Counted from the stretch's first letter, positions 38,513 to 48,570 are shown. The stretch: 64,000 nucleotides of DNA from Polyangiales bacterium (GCA_038231275.1 JBBRLQ010000006.1:160001-224000); one strand, 5' to 3'. Made by a program: numbers and translations. Notes: generated by a model not told the origin, from the sequence alone.

Positions 38513-39559
38513 TCAGCCGCCCTCGTGGTGACGACGCCATCGCCAGCGCTCGATCGACTGGAGCGCCTCCTTCGGATGCCCGCCTGTCCCCTCGAAGCCG
38601 ACGAAATAGACGTGGTTGTCGTACCACCCGGTGACGAGCGCGTGCTGCCCGTCCGGCATCACCGCGATGCCGCTTCCGCGGTCCATGCCAGGCACCGTGA
38701 AGACGCGCGCGGTCCAATCGGTGGTGTCGACGACGCTGACGCTGTTCGTCTCCATGCCGTAGTCGGCGCTCCACACGAACTTTCCGTCCTTCGATACCTC
38801 GATGCTCTTCGGCGAGCTGCCGATCGGGACGCGGTGGACGATCTTCTCGGTCGCGACATCCATGACGTGCAACGTCGAGTCGTGGAAGCACGAGATGTAG
38901 AGGAGGCTCTCGTCCGGCGACAAAGCGAGGTGCCGCGGGATGAGGCACGCGGCGATGCGGTGGTGATCGGCGAAATCAACGCCGCCGTAGATGTCGATCG
39001 ACGCGCCGTTGAAGTTGGCGATGAAGAGCGTGCCGCTCTTGGTGACCACCGTGCCGCGCGGGTGCATTCCGGCCTTGAACGTCCGCAGGACCTTGCCGGT
39101 CGTCGGATCGATCTGCGTGACCGAGTTGCCGGTCCAGTTCGCGGCGAAGAGCATCGCGCCGTCGGCCGACATCGCGAGGATCTTCGGGTGCGAGCCGGTC
39201 GGGATCTCGCGCGTGACCTTCTTTGTCGCGACGTCGATGAACTGCACGCTGTTGCGCTGGAAGTTCGACGCGTAAATCGTCGTCCCGTCGGGCGAGAGCA
39301 AACTTTCGACCACGATGCCGGGGACGTTGATGGTGTCGATGAGGGCCAGCGTCTGCGTGTCGTAGACGGTGATGTTCTTGACGTTGGCCTGGCCGAAGTT
39401 CGTCACGTAGAAGCGTGACGCGTCGGGGGACAGGCTCGCCCCCTTCGGCATGACGCCGGTGGCGGCCACCTCTTGGACCTCGATGCGAGGAGAGCGCGCC
39501 GCGGCGTCTCCGGCGACGCAGGCGACGGCAAACAGGAGGGTGCCCGTCAGAGCGCGCAT
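38513..39559 (-). CDS. Secreted YVTN/YncE-like beta-propeller protein
   Basis: Signal peptide; repeated SPDG...YVTN/YASN blades. Confidence 0.88.
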   Translation of the reverse strand: MRALTGTLLFAVACVAGDAAARSPRIEVQEVAATGVMPKGASLSPDASRFYVTNFGQANVKNITVYDTQTLALIDTINVPGIVVESLLSPDGTTIYASNFQRNSVQFIDVATKKVTREIPTGSHPKILAMSADGAMLFAANWTGNSVTQIDPTTGKVLRTFKAGMHPRGTVVTKSGTLFIANFNGASIDIYGGVDFADHHRIAACLIPRHLALSPDESLLYISCFHDSTLHVMDVATEKIVHRVPIGSSPKSIEVSKDGKFVWSADYGMETNSVSVVDTTDWTARVFTVPGMDRGSGIAVMPDGQHALVTGWYDNHVYFVGFEGTGGHPKEALQSIERWRWRRHHEGG

Positions 39560-39563
39560 CCTC

Positions 39564-40238
39564 TTACTGCGGGAGGCTCGCTTCGACCACATCGTGCGTC
39601 GTGCGGTACCGGCGGTAGAACGTCGTCACCTTCACCACGTAGTCGCGCGTCTGCTGGTACGGCGGGATCCCGCCGTACCGCATCACCGCCTCGCCGCCCG
39701 CGTTGTACGCCGCGACCGTGAGCGAGAGATCGCCGTTGAAGTCGTTGGCGAGGATGCGGAGAAAGCGTACGCCGCCGAAGATGTTCTCGCGCGGATCGTC
39801 GATGTCCTTCACCTGGAGGCGATCGGCGGTGTCCGGCATGAGCTGCATCAGCCCGCGCGCGCCCGAGACGCTGACGGCGCGCGGATCGTAGTCGCTCTCC
39901 ACCTTGATGACGGCGCGGACGAGCTGCTCGGGGATCTGGTAGAGACCGGCGGCCTGGCGGATCCACTCGTCGTAGCGCGTGAAGCGCGCGACGTCCTTGT
40001 CCTGCGGCATGAAGGGCACGACGCCGGGGCGCACGCGCGGCGCGTCGTTCGACTTGAGGTAGACCTTCGCCTTCGCGCCCTTTGGCGGCAGGCTCGTGAA
40101 GTGCACGACGCCTTCTGCGTCGACGTAGCTGTAGATGTCGGCGGCGGCGGTGCCTCCCGTGACGACGGGCACGAGCAGGGCCACCAGGATGGCGACCGCA
40201 TGCTTCGCGAGGGTCCTGGGCGCCGGCATCATCCTCAT
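39564..40238 (-). CDS. Lytic transglycosylase (SLT) with DUF4124-like N-terminal domain
   Basis: IYSYVDAEGVVHFT; AVIKVESDY, GARGLMQLMP, AAYNAG. Confidence 0.93.
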   Translation of the reverse strand: MRMMPAPRTLAKHAVAILVALLVPVVTGGTAAADIYSYVDAEGVVHFTSLPPKGAKAKVYLKSNDAPRVRPGVVPFMPQDKDVARFTRYDEWIRQAAGLYQIPEQLVRAVIKVESDYDPRAVSVSGARGLMQLMPDTADRLQVKDIDDPRENIFGGVRFLRILANDFNGDLSLTVAAYNAGGEAVMRYGGIPPYQQTRDYVVKVTTFYRRYRTTHDVVEASLPQ

Positions 40239-40316
40239 TGTCCCCGAATCCCATGGGGCGGTGCAACTCAGCGGCAAAACCTCCGAAACGTCCGGGTATT
40301 CCGTGGTATGTCGCAC

Positions 40317-40820
40317 ATGGCCCTCATGACCTGGAACCTCCCGCTCGTCGTCACGGCCGGCGTGTTCGTCCTCTTCCTCTTGGTACGTCTGCGCCCCGCC
40401 CTGCCCGGGGGCAAACGGGTCAAGGCGGGTGCGCTCCGCGACGCCAAGAAGCGAATCGAGGAAGCGAAGGACGACGCATCTCGAGCGCTCGCGCTCGCCG
40501 ACGCCGGCGACGTCTGTGCGAAGAGCGTAGGGCGGACCACCGGCGCGATCGGCTACTACCTCCGTGCGATGCGGCTGAATCCGGCGTCGGCGGCCCTCGT
40601 CGAGCGCGCGGCGATCGCGCTCGCGAGGAGGCCGCACGCGCTCGAGTCGCTTCTCTGGCGACGGCTCGGCGCGGAGCCCTGGACCGGCGCGCGTGAGGAC
40701 GCCGCGCGCGCCGCGCTCGCGCAGCTCGTGCGATTGTACGACGGTCCACTCAAGAATCGCGTCCGCGCCCGCGCCTTCGAGAACGCGCTCGGTGCGCTGC
40801 CGCCACCCCGGGCGACGTGA
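40317..40820 (+). CDS. Membrane-anchored TPR-like hypothetical protein
   Basis: N-terminal TM helix; AIGYYLRAMRLNP. Confidence 0.6.
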   Translation: MALMTWNLPLVVTAGVFVLFLLVRLRPALPGGKRVKAGALRDAKKRIEEAKDDASRALALADAGDVCAKSVGRTTGAIGYYLRAMRLNPASAALVERAAIALARRPHALESLLWRRLGAEPWTGAREDAARAALAQLVRLYDGPLKNRVRARAFENALGALPPPRAT

Positions 40821-40905
40821 ACGTCCCCTCCCCCGGTGTCCTACCGAGTGGGAGCGAACGCGGCGCCGGCCTCAAGTCGCAGCAGAAATGGCCGCACAGT
40901 AGGGC

Positions 40906-41439
40906 GTGACTCTCGCGCAACGCGACGCCAAGATGATGCCCGTGTCCTACCCGGACAGCGGACCTCGCCTCAAGCGCCACGCGCCCATCGTCTTCACGGG
41001 AGACGTGTTCGCCATCATCGACGACGGACGCGCCACTCCCGCCGAGTACGAAGAGGCCGAGCGGATCATCCACGTCGAGGGGCAGAAGCATGCGGGCGGG
41101 CTCGGCTGCGTCGTGATTGTCCCCGCCGGCGCCAAGCCGCCCCCCGAGGCGCAGCGCAACGCCATCGAAGGCGCGCTCACCCGAGTCGCGAAGTACGTGC
41201 GCGGCCTGGTGTGGGTGGTCGAAGGTCGTGGATTCCAAGCCGCCGCGGTCCGCGGCGTTCTCATCGGCTTGTCGCTCTACGGCCGGCGCCCGTACCCGAC
41301 GCACGTGAGCACGCAGCTCCACGACGCGCTCGGATGGCTCGCGACGAAGCTGGCCCGCGACATGGACGCCGCGGAGATGGAGCGCGCGGTGCAGAAGATC
41401 GCCAGGACGAGGGCCGAGTACTCCGAGCTGTCCTCCTAG
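40906..41439 (+). CDS. Hypothetical protein (STAS/SEC14-like family)
   Basis: KPPPEAQR, VVEGRGFQAAAVRGV, ALGWLA pattern. Confidence 0.6.
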   Translation: MTLAQRDAKMMPVSYPDSGPRLKRHAPIVFTGDVFAIIDDGRATPAEYEEAERIIHVEGQKHAGGLGCVVIVPAGAKPPPEAQRNAIEGALTRVAKYVRGLVWVVEGRGFQAAAVRGVLIGLSLYGRRPYPTHVSTQLHDALGWLATKLARDMDAAEMERAVQKIARTRAEYSELSS

Positions 41440-42065
41440 GCCCGTCTCGCGGTCGCGGAGCGCTTGGCGACCTCCTCGAGGATTGCGCCGTAGCCGTACG
41501 CCGTTCGGCGCATGTTGTCGCAAACGAGCGTGCTCTGCGCAGGGGTCGCCGCCTCGAGCGCACGGAGCGCCTTCTCGATGTGCCCGGCGTCCTCGGCGGA
41601 GTGGAGCTTCACGAACGCCGCGGCCTTCTCCCCGTGCGCACGCACGACCTCGTCCTTGACCCAGTCGCCCTCGCGCACGCTCGTCACCTCGAGGACGAGG
41701 ATGTATCCGAAGAGGGCCATCGGATCCTGGTGCTCCACCGCGAAGTACTGCGACGCGTAGAACATGTGTGTCGCCGGCAGCTCGGTGAACGCGCCGAGCG
41801 GGAAATCGAGGGCGTTCAGGTCGTGGATGCAGAGGAGCTCGTGCTTCTTCTCTTCGCTCATGTGCTTGGCGAAGCGGTGGTGGAGCGCGTTGCCCGTCTC
41901 GTCCGTCGGAAAGCGCGCGGCCGCGGCGGCGAGGAGGCGCGTCGAGTGCTTCACGTAGTGGTAGGTCTGCGCCATCCAGTCGCCGTACGCGACGCGATCG
42001 CTCCAGGGAAACGCGCGGATCGCCGCGCGCACGGTCGTCATGCTCTGATCGAGAACGTTCTTCAT
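41436..42065 (-). CDS. Heme-oxygenase-like diiron oxidase (iron-containing redox enzyme family)
   Basis: AQTYHYV, HMSEEKKHE, FGYILVLE, LHSAEDAGH metal-ligand motifs. Confidence 0.82.
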   Translation of the reverse strand: MKNVLDQSMTTVRAAIRAFPWSDRVAYGDWMAQTYHYVKHSTRLLAAAAARFPTDETGNALHHRFAKHMSEEKKHELLCIHDLNALDFPLGAFTELPATHMFYASQYFAVEHQDPMALFGYILVLEVTSVREGDWVKDEVVRAHGEKAAAFVKLHSAEDAGHIEKALRALEAATPAQSTLVCDNMRRTAYGYGAILEEVAKRSATARRA

Positions 42066-42829
42066 GTCTTCTCCGTCTTCTCCGTCGTGTCGGCCTTTTC
42101 CTGGAGGGCGCGCGCCACGAGGGCGCCCGTGACCTCTTCGATGAACGGCGTGAGCTCGAACCTGTCGCGCGCGTCGCGGTGGAAGGCGACGAGATCGACG
42201 GCGACGCCGTGATGCTGGACGTCGACCGCGAGGGCTCGTGCGCCCAGGCGGTACGCGAGATCGTTCATGCCGCGGTTGTTGCGGAGCGTGCCGGCCATCA
42301 CGTCGGCGTAGCTCGCGAGGAACCGCTCGACCGCGAGCGTGAGGAGCAGCTCCTTCGCGCGGAGCGGTCCGCGCGCGCCGCGCCACGCGGCGTCGACGGT
42401 TAGGTAGCTCCCGATGCACACGCGGCGCCCGACGCCGAGGAGCGCAGTCCGCGCGCTCGCGGGCCACGGCGCGAAGTAGGAGTCCTCTTGAACTTGCTTC
42501 ACGGAGAAGTCGACGAAGCGGAACGCCGTCATGCCCACGCACGCGTCCTCGTGGAAGAGGACGCCGAGCTCGTCTTGGCGCGTGAAGTCGTCGGAGAACA
42601 CCCGATCGGCGCCGTCGAGCTCGGCCAGCGCCTCGGTCCACACCCGTCGCCACGTCGCGTACGCGAGGTCGAGGTCGCGTCCGTCGCCGCGCGGGGTCTG
42701 GAGGACGTAGCGGAGGCTCGCAGGTTCGATCCCCTCGACGCGGCTTCGTGACGGCGCGATGCCGCTCTGACGGCGTGCGCGTTCTTCGATGGGGAGCTGG
42801 CGCTCGAGGGCCTCTGCGGTTCGCTTCAT
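42062..42829 (-). CDS. GNAT-fold acyltransferase (AHL synthase / N-acyl amino acid synthase-like)
   Basis: W..VW, SDDFTRQD, CVGM..FR, IGSYLTVDAAWRG, RNNRGMN.LAYRLGA; stop overlaps the HDO start. Confidence 0.6.
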   Translation of the reverse strand: MKRTAEALERQLPIEERARRQSGIAPSRSRVEGIEPASLRYVLQTPRGDGRDLDLAYATWRRVWTEALAELDGADRVFSDDFTRQDELGVLFHEDACVGMTAFRFVDFSVKQVQEDSYFAPWPASARTALLGVGRRVCIGSYLTVDAAWRGARGPLRAKELLLTLAVERFLASYADVMAGTLRNNRGMNDLAYRLGARALAVDVQHHGVAVDLVAFHRDARDRFELTPFIEEVTGALVARALQEKADTTEKTEKT

Positions 42830-42945
42830 CGCGCGAACGATTTAATCGCTCTCGGCTAACACGCCAGCCCGCGCGCGCGCTTTGCCAAAAAGACTTCGCG
42901 TGCGTCAGCGCGTTGACGCTCGGAGCACACGCGCGACGCGCACCT

Positions 42946-43545
42946 TCACGCGACGTGAACCGACGTGATCTTCGTCTTGGCCGCGAGCGTCGGCAGGAAT
43001 TTTTCGACGACGAGGACCGCCCACGCGTGCGCTTCGCGGCCGCGCGCGTGATGAGGGCTCACCACCGTGAGCTCGCCGGCCGGTCCGTCTGCTTCCGGTC
43101 CGAAGCCGCGCTCGACGCGGAGCCTGGAGCTCGGCGCGATGTCGGCGATCGCGTCCTCGGCGAACGCGAGATCCTGAATCGGCTCGGCGAGCACGACGCG
43201 CAGCTCGACGGCGCCGAACCCGTCGTCGTGCCCCCAGTCCGCCGAAAATTTCGCGAACCAGCCATCGAGGTCCACCTTCGCGGCCGCGAGACGCGCCTTC
43301 TCCCGCGCCACGACGGCGCGTGCGCGTAGCCGCGCGAAGAAGAAGAACGGGCTCCCGACGAGCGCGACCGCGAGCATGACCTCTGCGGCGACGACCTCCC
43401 CTTGCGTGTCGTGCTCCGCCATCGTCGCCGGCAACACCAGCGCCGCAACGGGAAGGAGCAGCAGGGCGCCGGCGCCGAGCGCGTGCATCCACGCCGTCCG
43501 CGGGTCGGCTTCGCGCGCGAACTTCGCCTCGTCCCCCTCGGACAT
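42946..43545 (-). CDS. Hypothetical 2-TM membrane protein
   Basis: Two hydrophobic helices; TAAGCT 6 nt before ATG. Confidence 0.6.
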   Translation of the reverse strand: MSEGDEAKFAREADPRTAWMHALGAGALLLLPVAALVLPATMAEHDTQGEVVAAEVMLAVALVGSPFFFFARLRARAVVAREKARLAAAKVDLDGWFAKFSADWGHDDGFGAVELRVVLAEPIQDLAFAEDAIADIAPSSRLRVERGFGPEADGPAGELTVVSPHHARGREAHAWAVLVVEKFLPTLAAKTKITSVHVA

Positions 43546-43559
43546 GCGCCGAGCTTAGC

Positions 43560-44657
43560 TCACGCGGGCTGCCGGGCGGCACGATCGCGAAGCATGCGTC
43601 GAAGAAGCACGAACGCGACCGTGAGCACGATCACGCCGAGGACGATGAGCCCGCCCGTCCTCTCGATGACGTGCGCCACCCGATCGCTCTCCATCGCGTC
43701 GGGCATGAAGACGTTGTCCTTCGGCCAAAAGTCCACGGGGGTGGCGTGCCGATGCCGGAGCGCGAGCCAATCCATCAGGATGGCCACGGTGATGTGGACG
43801 AGGAAGCCCTGGTAGATGCTTCGCGTCTTCATCGACAAGCTGCCGAGCGCGATCCCCGCGATGATCGCGCCGCACGCCTCGAGGTACGGCTTTCCGTAGT
43901 GGATCATGCAGTACGGCACCGCCATCGCGAAGATCGCACCGGAGCCGAAGCTCTTTCTGAGCACGCCGAGCCACCACCCGCGGAAGAACATCTCGAGCGC
44001 GAAGAACTGCGCGAAGTACATCCCCTCCCACAGGAGGAAGTCGACCCAGCTGCGCGAGGAGTGCTTGTAGAAGGGGTAATACGTCCCGAAATCGGGCTCG
44101 CGGCTCACGAACCACATCGCTGGGAGGACGACGGCGAGGAAGAGTGCGTAGATCCACGCGTGCTCGAAGAAGCCGCGCGTCCGTAGCCCCATGTCGAGGA
44201 GCGAGTCCTTGCGGAAGAGGAGCTTCCACAGCGGAAACGGCACGAAGACGTAGCCGAAGATGCGCGTCCCGGCCCACCATGCGAAGCCGTACAGCTCGTC
44301 GTAGCGAGCGAGCTGGAACGCGTTGGGGTGCGTGAGCTCGTAGCGCGCGAGCATCGGGCGGAACGTCGTGTCGAAGTAGCCGCGCCCGCCGAAGTACTCC
44401 TGCATCGTGAGGACGACCGCGCAGATGATCAGCGCGAGGAACGGACGGTGATCCATTCGCCCCTCTTTGAGGAGGGCGCCGCGGTGACGGTGCGCGTCTT
44501 CGTCGAGCTCGCGCCACGTCGAGCGGAAGAAGAGCCACAAGAGCGGAAGAATGACGAGGAGGCCCGGGATCGGGATCAGCGGGCGGAACGTGGCCATGAA
44601 GGCGTCGAAGCCCGTCACCTCCGGCGCGCGTATCGCGAAATCGGGACCGAACGTCAC
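43560..44657 (-). CDS. CPBP/Abi family intramembrane metalloprotease
   Basis: ALEMFFRG, PYCMIHYGKP..E, LVH motifs; multi-TM. Confidence 0.88.
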   Translation of the reverse strand: MTFGPDFAIRAPEVTGFDAFMATFRPLIPIPGLLVILPLLWLFFRSTWRELDEDAHRHRGALLKEGRMDHRPFLALIICAVVLTMQEYFGGRGYFDTTFRPMLARYELTHPNAFQLARYDELYGFAWWAGTRIFGYVFVPFPLWKLLFRKDSLLDMGLRTRGFFEHAWIYALFLAVVLPAMWFVSREPDFGTYYPFYKHSSRSWVDFLLWEGMYFAQFFALEMFFRGWWLGVLRKSFGSGAIFAMAVPYCMIHYGKPYLEACGAIIAGIALGSLSMKTRSIYQGFLVHITVAILMDWLALRHRHATPVDFWPKDNVFMPDAMESDRVAHVIERTGGLIVLGVIVLTVAFVLLRRMLRDRAARQPA

Positions 44658-44669
44658 GTGGTGTTGCCC

Positions 44670-46115
44670 TTAAGCTCCCGCACCGTTCGCCCGGGCGTGC
44701 GCCGCGTCGATGCGCGCGAGCGATGCCTCGCGGCCCAGCACGGCGAGCACCTCCCAGAGGCCGGGGCTCGCGGTCTTTCCGGTGAGCGCGACGCGCGCAG
44801 GTTGACCGAGCTCCTTGATCGGAATCCCCGCCGACGCGAGCCACGCGTTCGTGCGCTCCTCGACGGCCTTTTCGTCCCACGCGTCACCGGCGCGGAGCGC
44901 GTCGCCGAAGCCCTTCAAGATCGGCGCGCTCGCCGCGACGAGGAATTTGGACGCGGCCGCCTCGTCGACCTTGGGCGGCTGGCGGAAGTAGAAATCGAGC
45001 ATCTCCGCCGCCTCGACGTACGCGCGCGCGCGCCCGCGGATCGTGCGGATCGCCTTCTTCAGCTTGGCGTCGTCGGTGACCGTGACGCCCGCCTTCTCGA
45101 GGAACGGCTTCACGCGCGTGACGTACTCGTCTTCGTTCGTGAGCGCGTCACTCTTCAGGTGCTCGAAATCGATCGCGAGGAATTTCTTCGCGTCGAACTT
45201 CCCGTCGCCGCGGCCGCAGTTCTCCCAGCTGAACGACGCGATGAGCTCGTCCTTCGAGAAGACCTCTTTGTCGCCGAACGACCACCCGAAGCGCGCGAGG
45301 TAGTTGAGGACGGCGACCGGTGAGTAGCCTTGATCGCGGTACTCGGTGACGCTCACCGCGCCGTGGCGCTTCGAGAGCTTCTCGCCGCTCGGCGCCAGCA
45401 TCATCGGCAGGTGCGCGAACTCCGGCGGCGCGACTCCGAAGGCGCCGTACAGCATGATCTGCGGCGGCGTGTTCACCATGTGATCGCGCCCCCGCGCGAC
45501 CAGCGTGATGCCCATCGTCATGTCGTCGACGACGGCGCCGAAGTTGTAGAGCGGGATCCCGTCGCTCCGGAGGAGGACGAAGTCCTGTTGCGCGGAGTTG
45601 GGCGTCACCACCTCGCCGAACACCTTGTCGACGTAGGTCACGTTCCCCTCCTTCGGCGTCTTGAAGCGGACGACGAACGGGAGATCGGGTTGGTCGTGGC
45701 GCGCGCGGCAGGTGCCGGGGTAGACGAACTGCGCTTTCGGGTCCTTCTTCTTCAAGGCCTCGCGCTGCGCGTCGAGCTCCGGCTTCGTGCAGTAGCACCG
45801 GAAGGCGCCGTCCTTCGCGATGAGGCGCTCGGCGTGCTCCTTGTAGATGGGGAGCCGCTCCATCTGCGTGTACGGCCCGTGCGCGCCGCCCTTGCCGGGG
45901 CCTTCGTCCCAGTCGATCCCGAGCCAGTCGAGTGAGTCGAGGATGATCTGCCGGCTCGCCTCGGTGCTGCGCTCCTGATCGGTGTCCTCGATGCGAAGGA
46001 CGAAGGCGCCGCCGGTCTTGCGCGCCCAGAGCCAGTTGAAGAGCGCCGTGCGCACCCCGCCGATGTGCAGGTAGCCGGTGGGCGACGGGGCGAACCTCAC
46101 GCGGGGCTTCGTCAT
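44670..46115 (-). CDS. gltX: Glutamate--tRNA ligase
   Basis: RFAPSPTGYLHIGG, LRIEDTD, CYC, KLSKRHGA. Confidence 0.97.
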   Translation of the reverse strand: MTKPRVRFAPSPTGYLHIGGVRTALFNWLWARKTGGAFVLRIEDTDQERSTEASRQIILDSLDWLGIDWDEGPGKGGAHGPYTQMERLPIYKEHAERLIAKDGAFRCYCTKPELDAQREALKKKDPKAQFVYPGTCRARHDQPDLPFVVRFKTPKEGNVTYVDKVFGEVVTPNSAQQDFVLLRSDGIPLYNFGAVVDDMTMGITLVARGRDHMVNTPPQIMLYGAFGVAPPEFAHLPMMLAPSGEKLSKRHGAVSVTEYRDQGYSPVAVLNYLARFGWSFGDKEVFSKDELIASFSWENCGRGDGKFDAKKFLAIDFEHLKSDALTNEDEYVTRVKPFLEKAGVTVTDDAKLKKAIRTIRGRARAYVEAAEMLDFYFRQPPKVDEAAASKFLVAASAPILKGFGDALRAGDAWDEKAVEERTNAWLASAGIPIKELGQPARVALTGKTASPGLWEVLAVLGREASLARIDAAHARANGAGA

Positions 46116-46256
46116 GGGCCCTCGGATTTACCAGAATTTCAACGCGAGCGCGCGGCCCGGTCACAGATCGGCCCGCCCGCACGACGAAGGGGGCAGAGAC
46201 GGTGAGCGGCGGCGAGCGCGAAGGCGCGAAGGCCCGCTCCCGAGGAGGCCTTCGTC

Positions 46257-47033
46257 ATGTTCGACGCGTCCGCCCGCGCCATGCGCAGGGCCGTTGCGGT
46301 GTGCCTTGGTGCGTCTTGCGCGGCGGTGATGGCGAGCGCCAGCGCCGGAAATCCGCACGAGACGAGCGCCCGCGAAGAGCCCCTCTCCGTTAAAGGTGAG
46401 TCCCGCACGACGTTCGCGTTCCGGCCCACGGACGTCTCGTCGCCGCGGCCCGCCGTCGTGTACTTGAACGGCCGCTGCGGCAAGACGACGAACGGCTGCC
46501 CACATTTCCGCGAAGGCACCGAGGGCTTCGGCTGGCTCGTCTGCCCACCCGCGAACGCCGCGTGCCCAGGCGGCGGCGCATCGTGGGGAGGGACCTCGAG
46601 CGACCGCCGCGCGATCGTCGACGCCGCCGTCGCCGACGTCGCGCGCGCGTTCCCTGGCCAGGTCGACACCGCCGCGCCGACCGTCCTCATCGGCTTCTCG
46701 CAAGGCGCATGGATCGCCCTGGATTTGGCGCGCCAAACACCTGCAAAGTACACGGGTCTCCTCCTCATCGGCGCCGACGTCGAGCCGCGCCCCTCCGATC
46801 TCGCCGCCGCCGGCGTCACGCGCGTGGTCTTGTCCGCGGGCGCCTACGACGCCGCCGCCGCGCCAATGGCCCGAACCGCAAAAGCCCTCGCTGCCGCTGG
46901 CGTCGACGCGCGCTTTGTGAGCCTCGGGACCGTCGGCCACACCTACGTCGCCGACGCGGACCACGCCGGCGCTCTTACTGCCGCTCTCGTTTGGCTGGAA
47001 CGCCGCGAAGAGATCGCGCGGCCCGGAACCTAG
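46257..47033 (+). CDS. Secreted alpha/beta hydrolase
   Basis: Signal peptide; IGFSQGA nucleophile elbow; GAYD, VGHTY. Confidence 0.8.
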   Translation: MFDASARAMRRAVAVCLGASCAAVMASASAGNPHETSAREEPLSVKGESRTTFAFRPTDVSSPRPAVVYLNGRCGKTTNGCPHFREGTEGFGWLVCPPANAACPGGGASWGGTSSDRRAIVDAAVADVARAFPGQVDTAAPTVLIGFSQGAWIALDLARQTPAKYTGLLLIGADVEPRPSDLAAAGVTRVVLSAGAYDAAAAPMARTAKALAAAGVDARFVSLGTVGHTYVADADHAGALTAALVWLERREEIARPGT

Positions 47034-47103
47034 GCACCGACCCCGGTGCTGAGGCTGCGCTTCTGAAACGCCACCCGGCAGCGGGGAGCGGTATGCTCGG
47101 AGA

Positions 47104-48570
47104 ATGCGCCGACCCTCCCCTTTTGCCTTCGCGCTTCTGCTGGCTTGCCTCGGCGGGTGCGCGTCGCTTCTCGGGGATTTCGACGCGCCGAGCGTCGCCG
47201 CGGGCGGTGATGGTGGCGGCGACGCGACGGCCGAAGCGTCGAGCAGCGGAGCCCCCGACGGGTCCGGGGACGGTACGGGTGACGACGGGGCAGCGGACGG
47301 CAAGAAGCCCACCGACGGCAGCGGCGACACGAGCCCGCCTCTCGGCACGCTGACGTGCGATACCCTCGTGCTCGCCAGCCCCTTCGTCGTGGCCGATCGC
47401 AATGGGCTCAATCCGAACGGCTTTACCGATCTCGCCGCGTTCGCGGTGAGCCCCACCGTCACGCGCGTCGCGGCGACGATGAACGGCGCGACGGTCTTCA
47501 CCGTGTACTCGATCGATTCGTCCGGCGCCGTACCCACGGTCACGTCCGCGAGCCTCGCGACCGGCGGTGGGACGGTCCTCGGCACGATGCGCGTGGCCGG
47601 CGGCTTCGGCGTCATCGTGCAGTCGCCGGTTGGAGCGAACGGCTCTAGCGTGTCCTTGTATGTTTTCCGCGACGCCGCGCCGGTGACGCCGCTGCCCGCG
47701 CCGGTGGCGCTCGCGTCGCTCAGCGGCATCTCGCGGTCGGACCTGGGCGCCGCCGTCGTCGAGCTCGCGGCGGGTACGTATTACGTCGCGATCATGACCA
47801 AGGATGCAACCGCGTCGGTCTACGGTCTGAATGTCGGCATCGCCACCGGCGGCGTCGCTGCGAACTTCACGGCGGCCGAAACGTCGAGCACGAAGGACTA
47901 CCAGCTCCCCGTCGCCGTGCACGTGGGGAGCACGATCTACCTCTACGTGAGCGCGAGCACCGGCGCCCTCGCCTTCTACGCCCTGCCCGATAGCGGGACG
48001 ACGGCGGGTGTTGTGCGCAAGCCGCTCTCTGGCCTCGCCCTGGGCAAGGTCTTCTTCGGCGGCATGCTCGACGGGGTGGGCGGCTCGGCGACGGGCAAGA
48101 CGAACCTCGCCTACTTGGAGGAGGACGCGAACGACGCCGGCAACGCGCTCGGCTCGCTCTCGTACCGCGCCGCGGCGGTCGACGACAACGCGCTGCCCAC
48201 GCTGACGTCGGTGTCGAGCATCGCCTTCGGCAAGACCTATAGCGATCCCGCGGTCGGCCCGTTCTCCGCCGCCGGTCACTTCTTCGGCGACGACTTCGCG
48301 ATCATCGCGCCGGGGCTCACGTCCGGCGGCGGATCTACCGCCTGGGTGAACTTCCTTTGGCTCGATGCCACCGGCGTCGTCCGCGGCGAGCGCAGCGGGG
48401 CGGTGCAGGGGCTGCTCCCGGGCATCGGCACGTTCGTGCGTCGGATGGTGACGGCGCCTGGCGTCCGCGGCGCGACGGCGGCGACGTGGAACCTGGCGTG
48501 GTCGCAGTACGACCCGGCGCAGGGCAACTCGGACAAGCTCTACTTCCAAACGCTCAAGTGCCACCTATGA
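47104..48570 (+). CDS. Large beta-rich lipoprotein of unknown function (cargo 1)
   Basis: Lipobox LGGC; Gly/Asp linker; Thr/Ser-rich beta domain ending in C. Confidence 0.75.
   Translation: MRRPSPFAFALLLACLGGCASLLGDFDAPSVAAGGDGGGDATAEASSSGAPDGSGDGTGDDGAADGKKPTDGSGDTSPPLGTLTCDTLVLASPFVVADRNGLNPNGFTDLAAFAVSPTVTRVAATMNGATVFTVYSIDSSGAVPTVTSASLATGGGTVLGTMRVAGGFGVIVQSPVGANGSSVSLYVFRDAAPVTPLPAPVALASLSGISRSDLGAAVVELAAGTYYVAIMTKDATASVYGLNVGIATGGVAANFTAAETSSTKDYQLPVAVHVGSTIYLYVSASTGALAFYALPDSGTTAGVVRKPLSGLALGKVFFGGMLDGVGGSATGKTNLAYLEEDANDAGNALGSLSYRAAAVDDNALPTLTSVSSIAFGKTYSDPAVGPFSAAGHFFGDDFAIIAPGLTSGGGSTAWVNFLWLDATGVVRGERSGAVQGLLPGIGTFVRRMVTAPGVRGATAATWNLAWSQYDPAQGNSDKLYFQTLKCHL

Noticed and set aside
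42865-42890. Sigma54 promoter upstream of the acyltransferase-HDO pair
   Set aside because: TGGCA-N-GC spacing fits but the TTGC element is missing; weak evidence in GC-rich DNA
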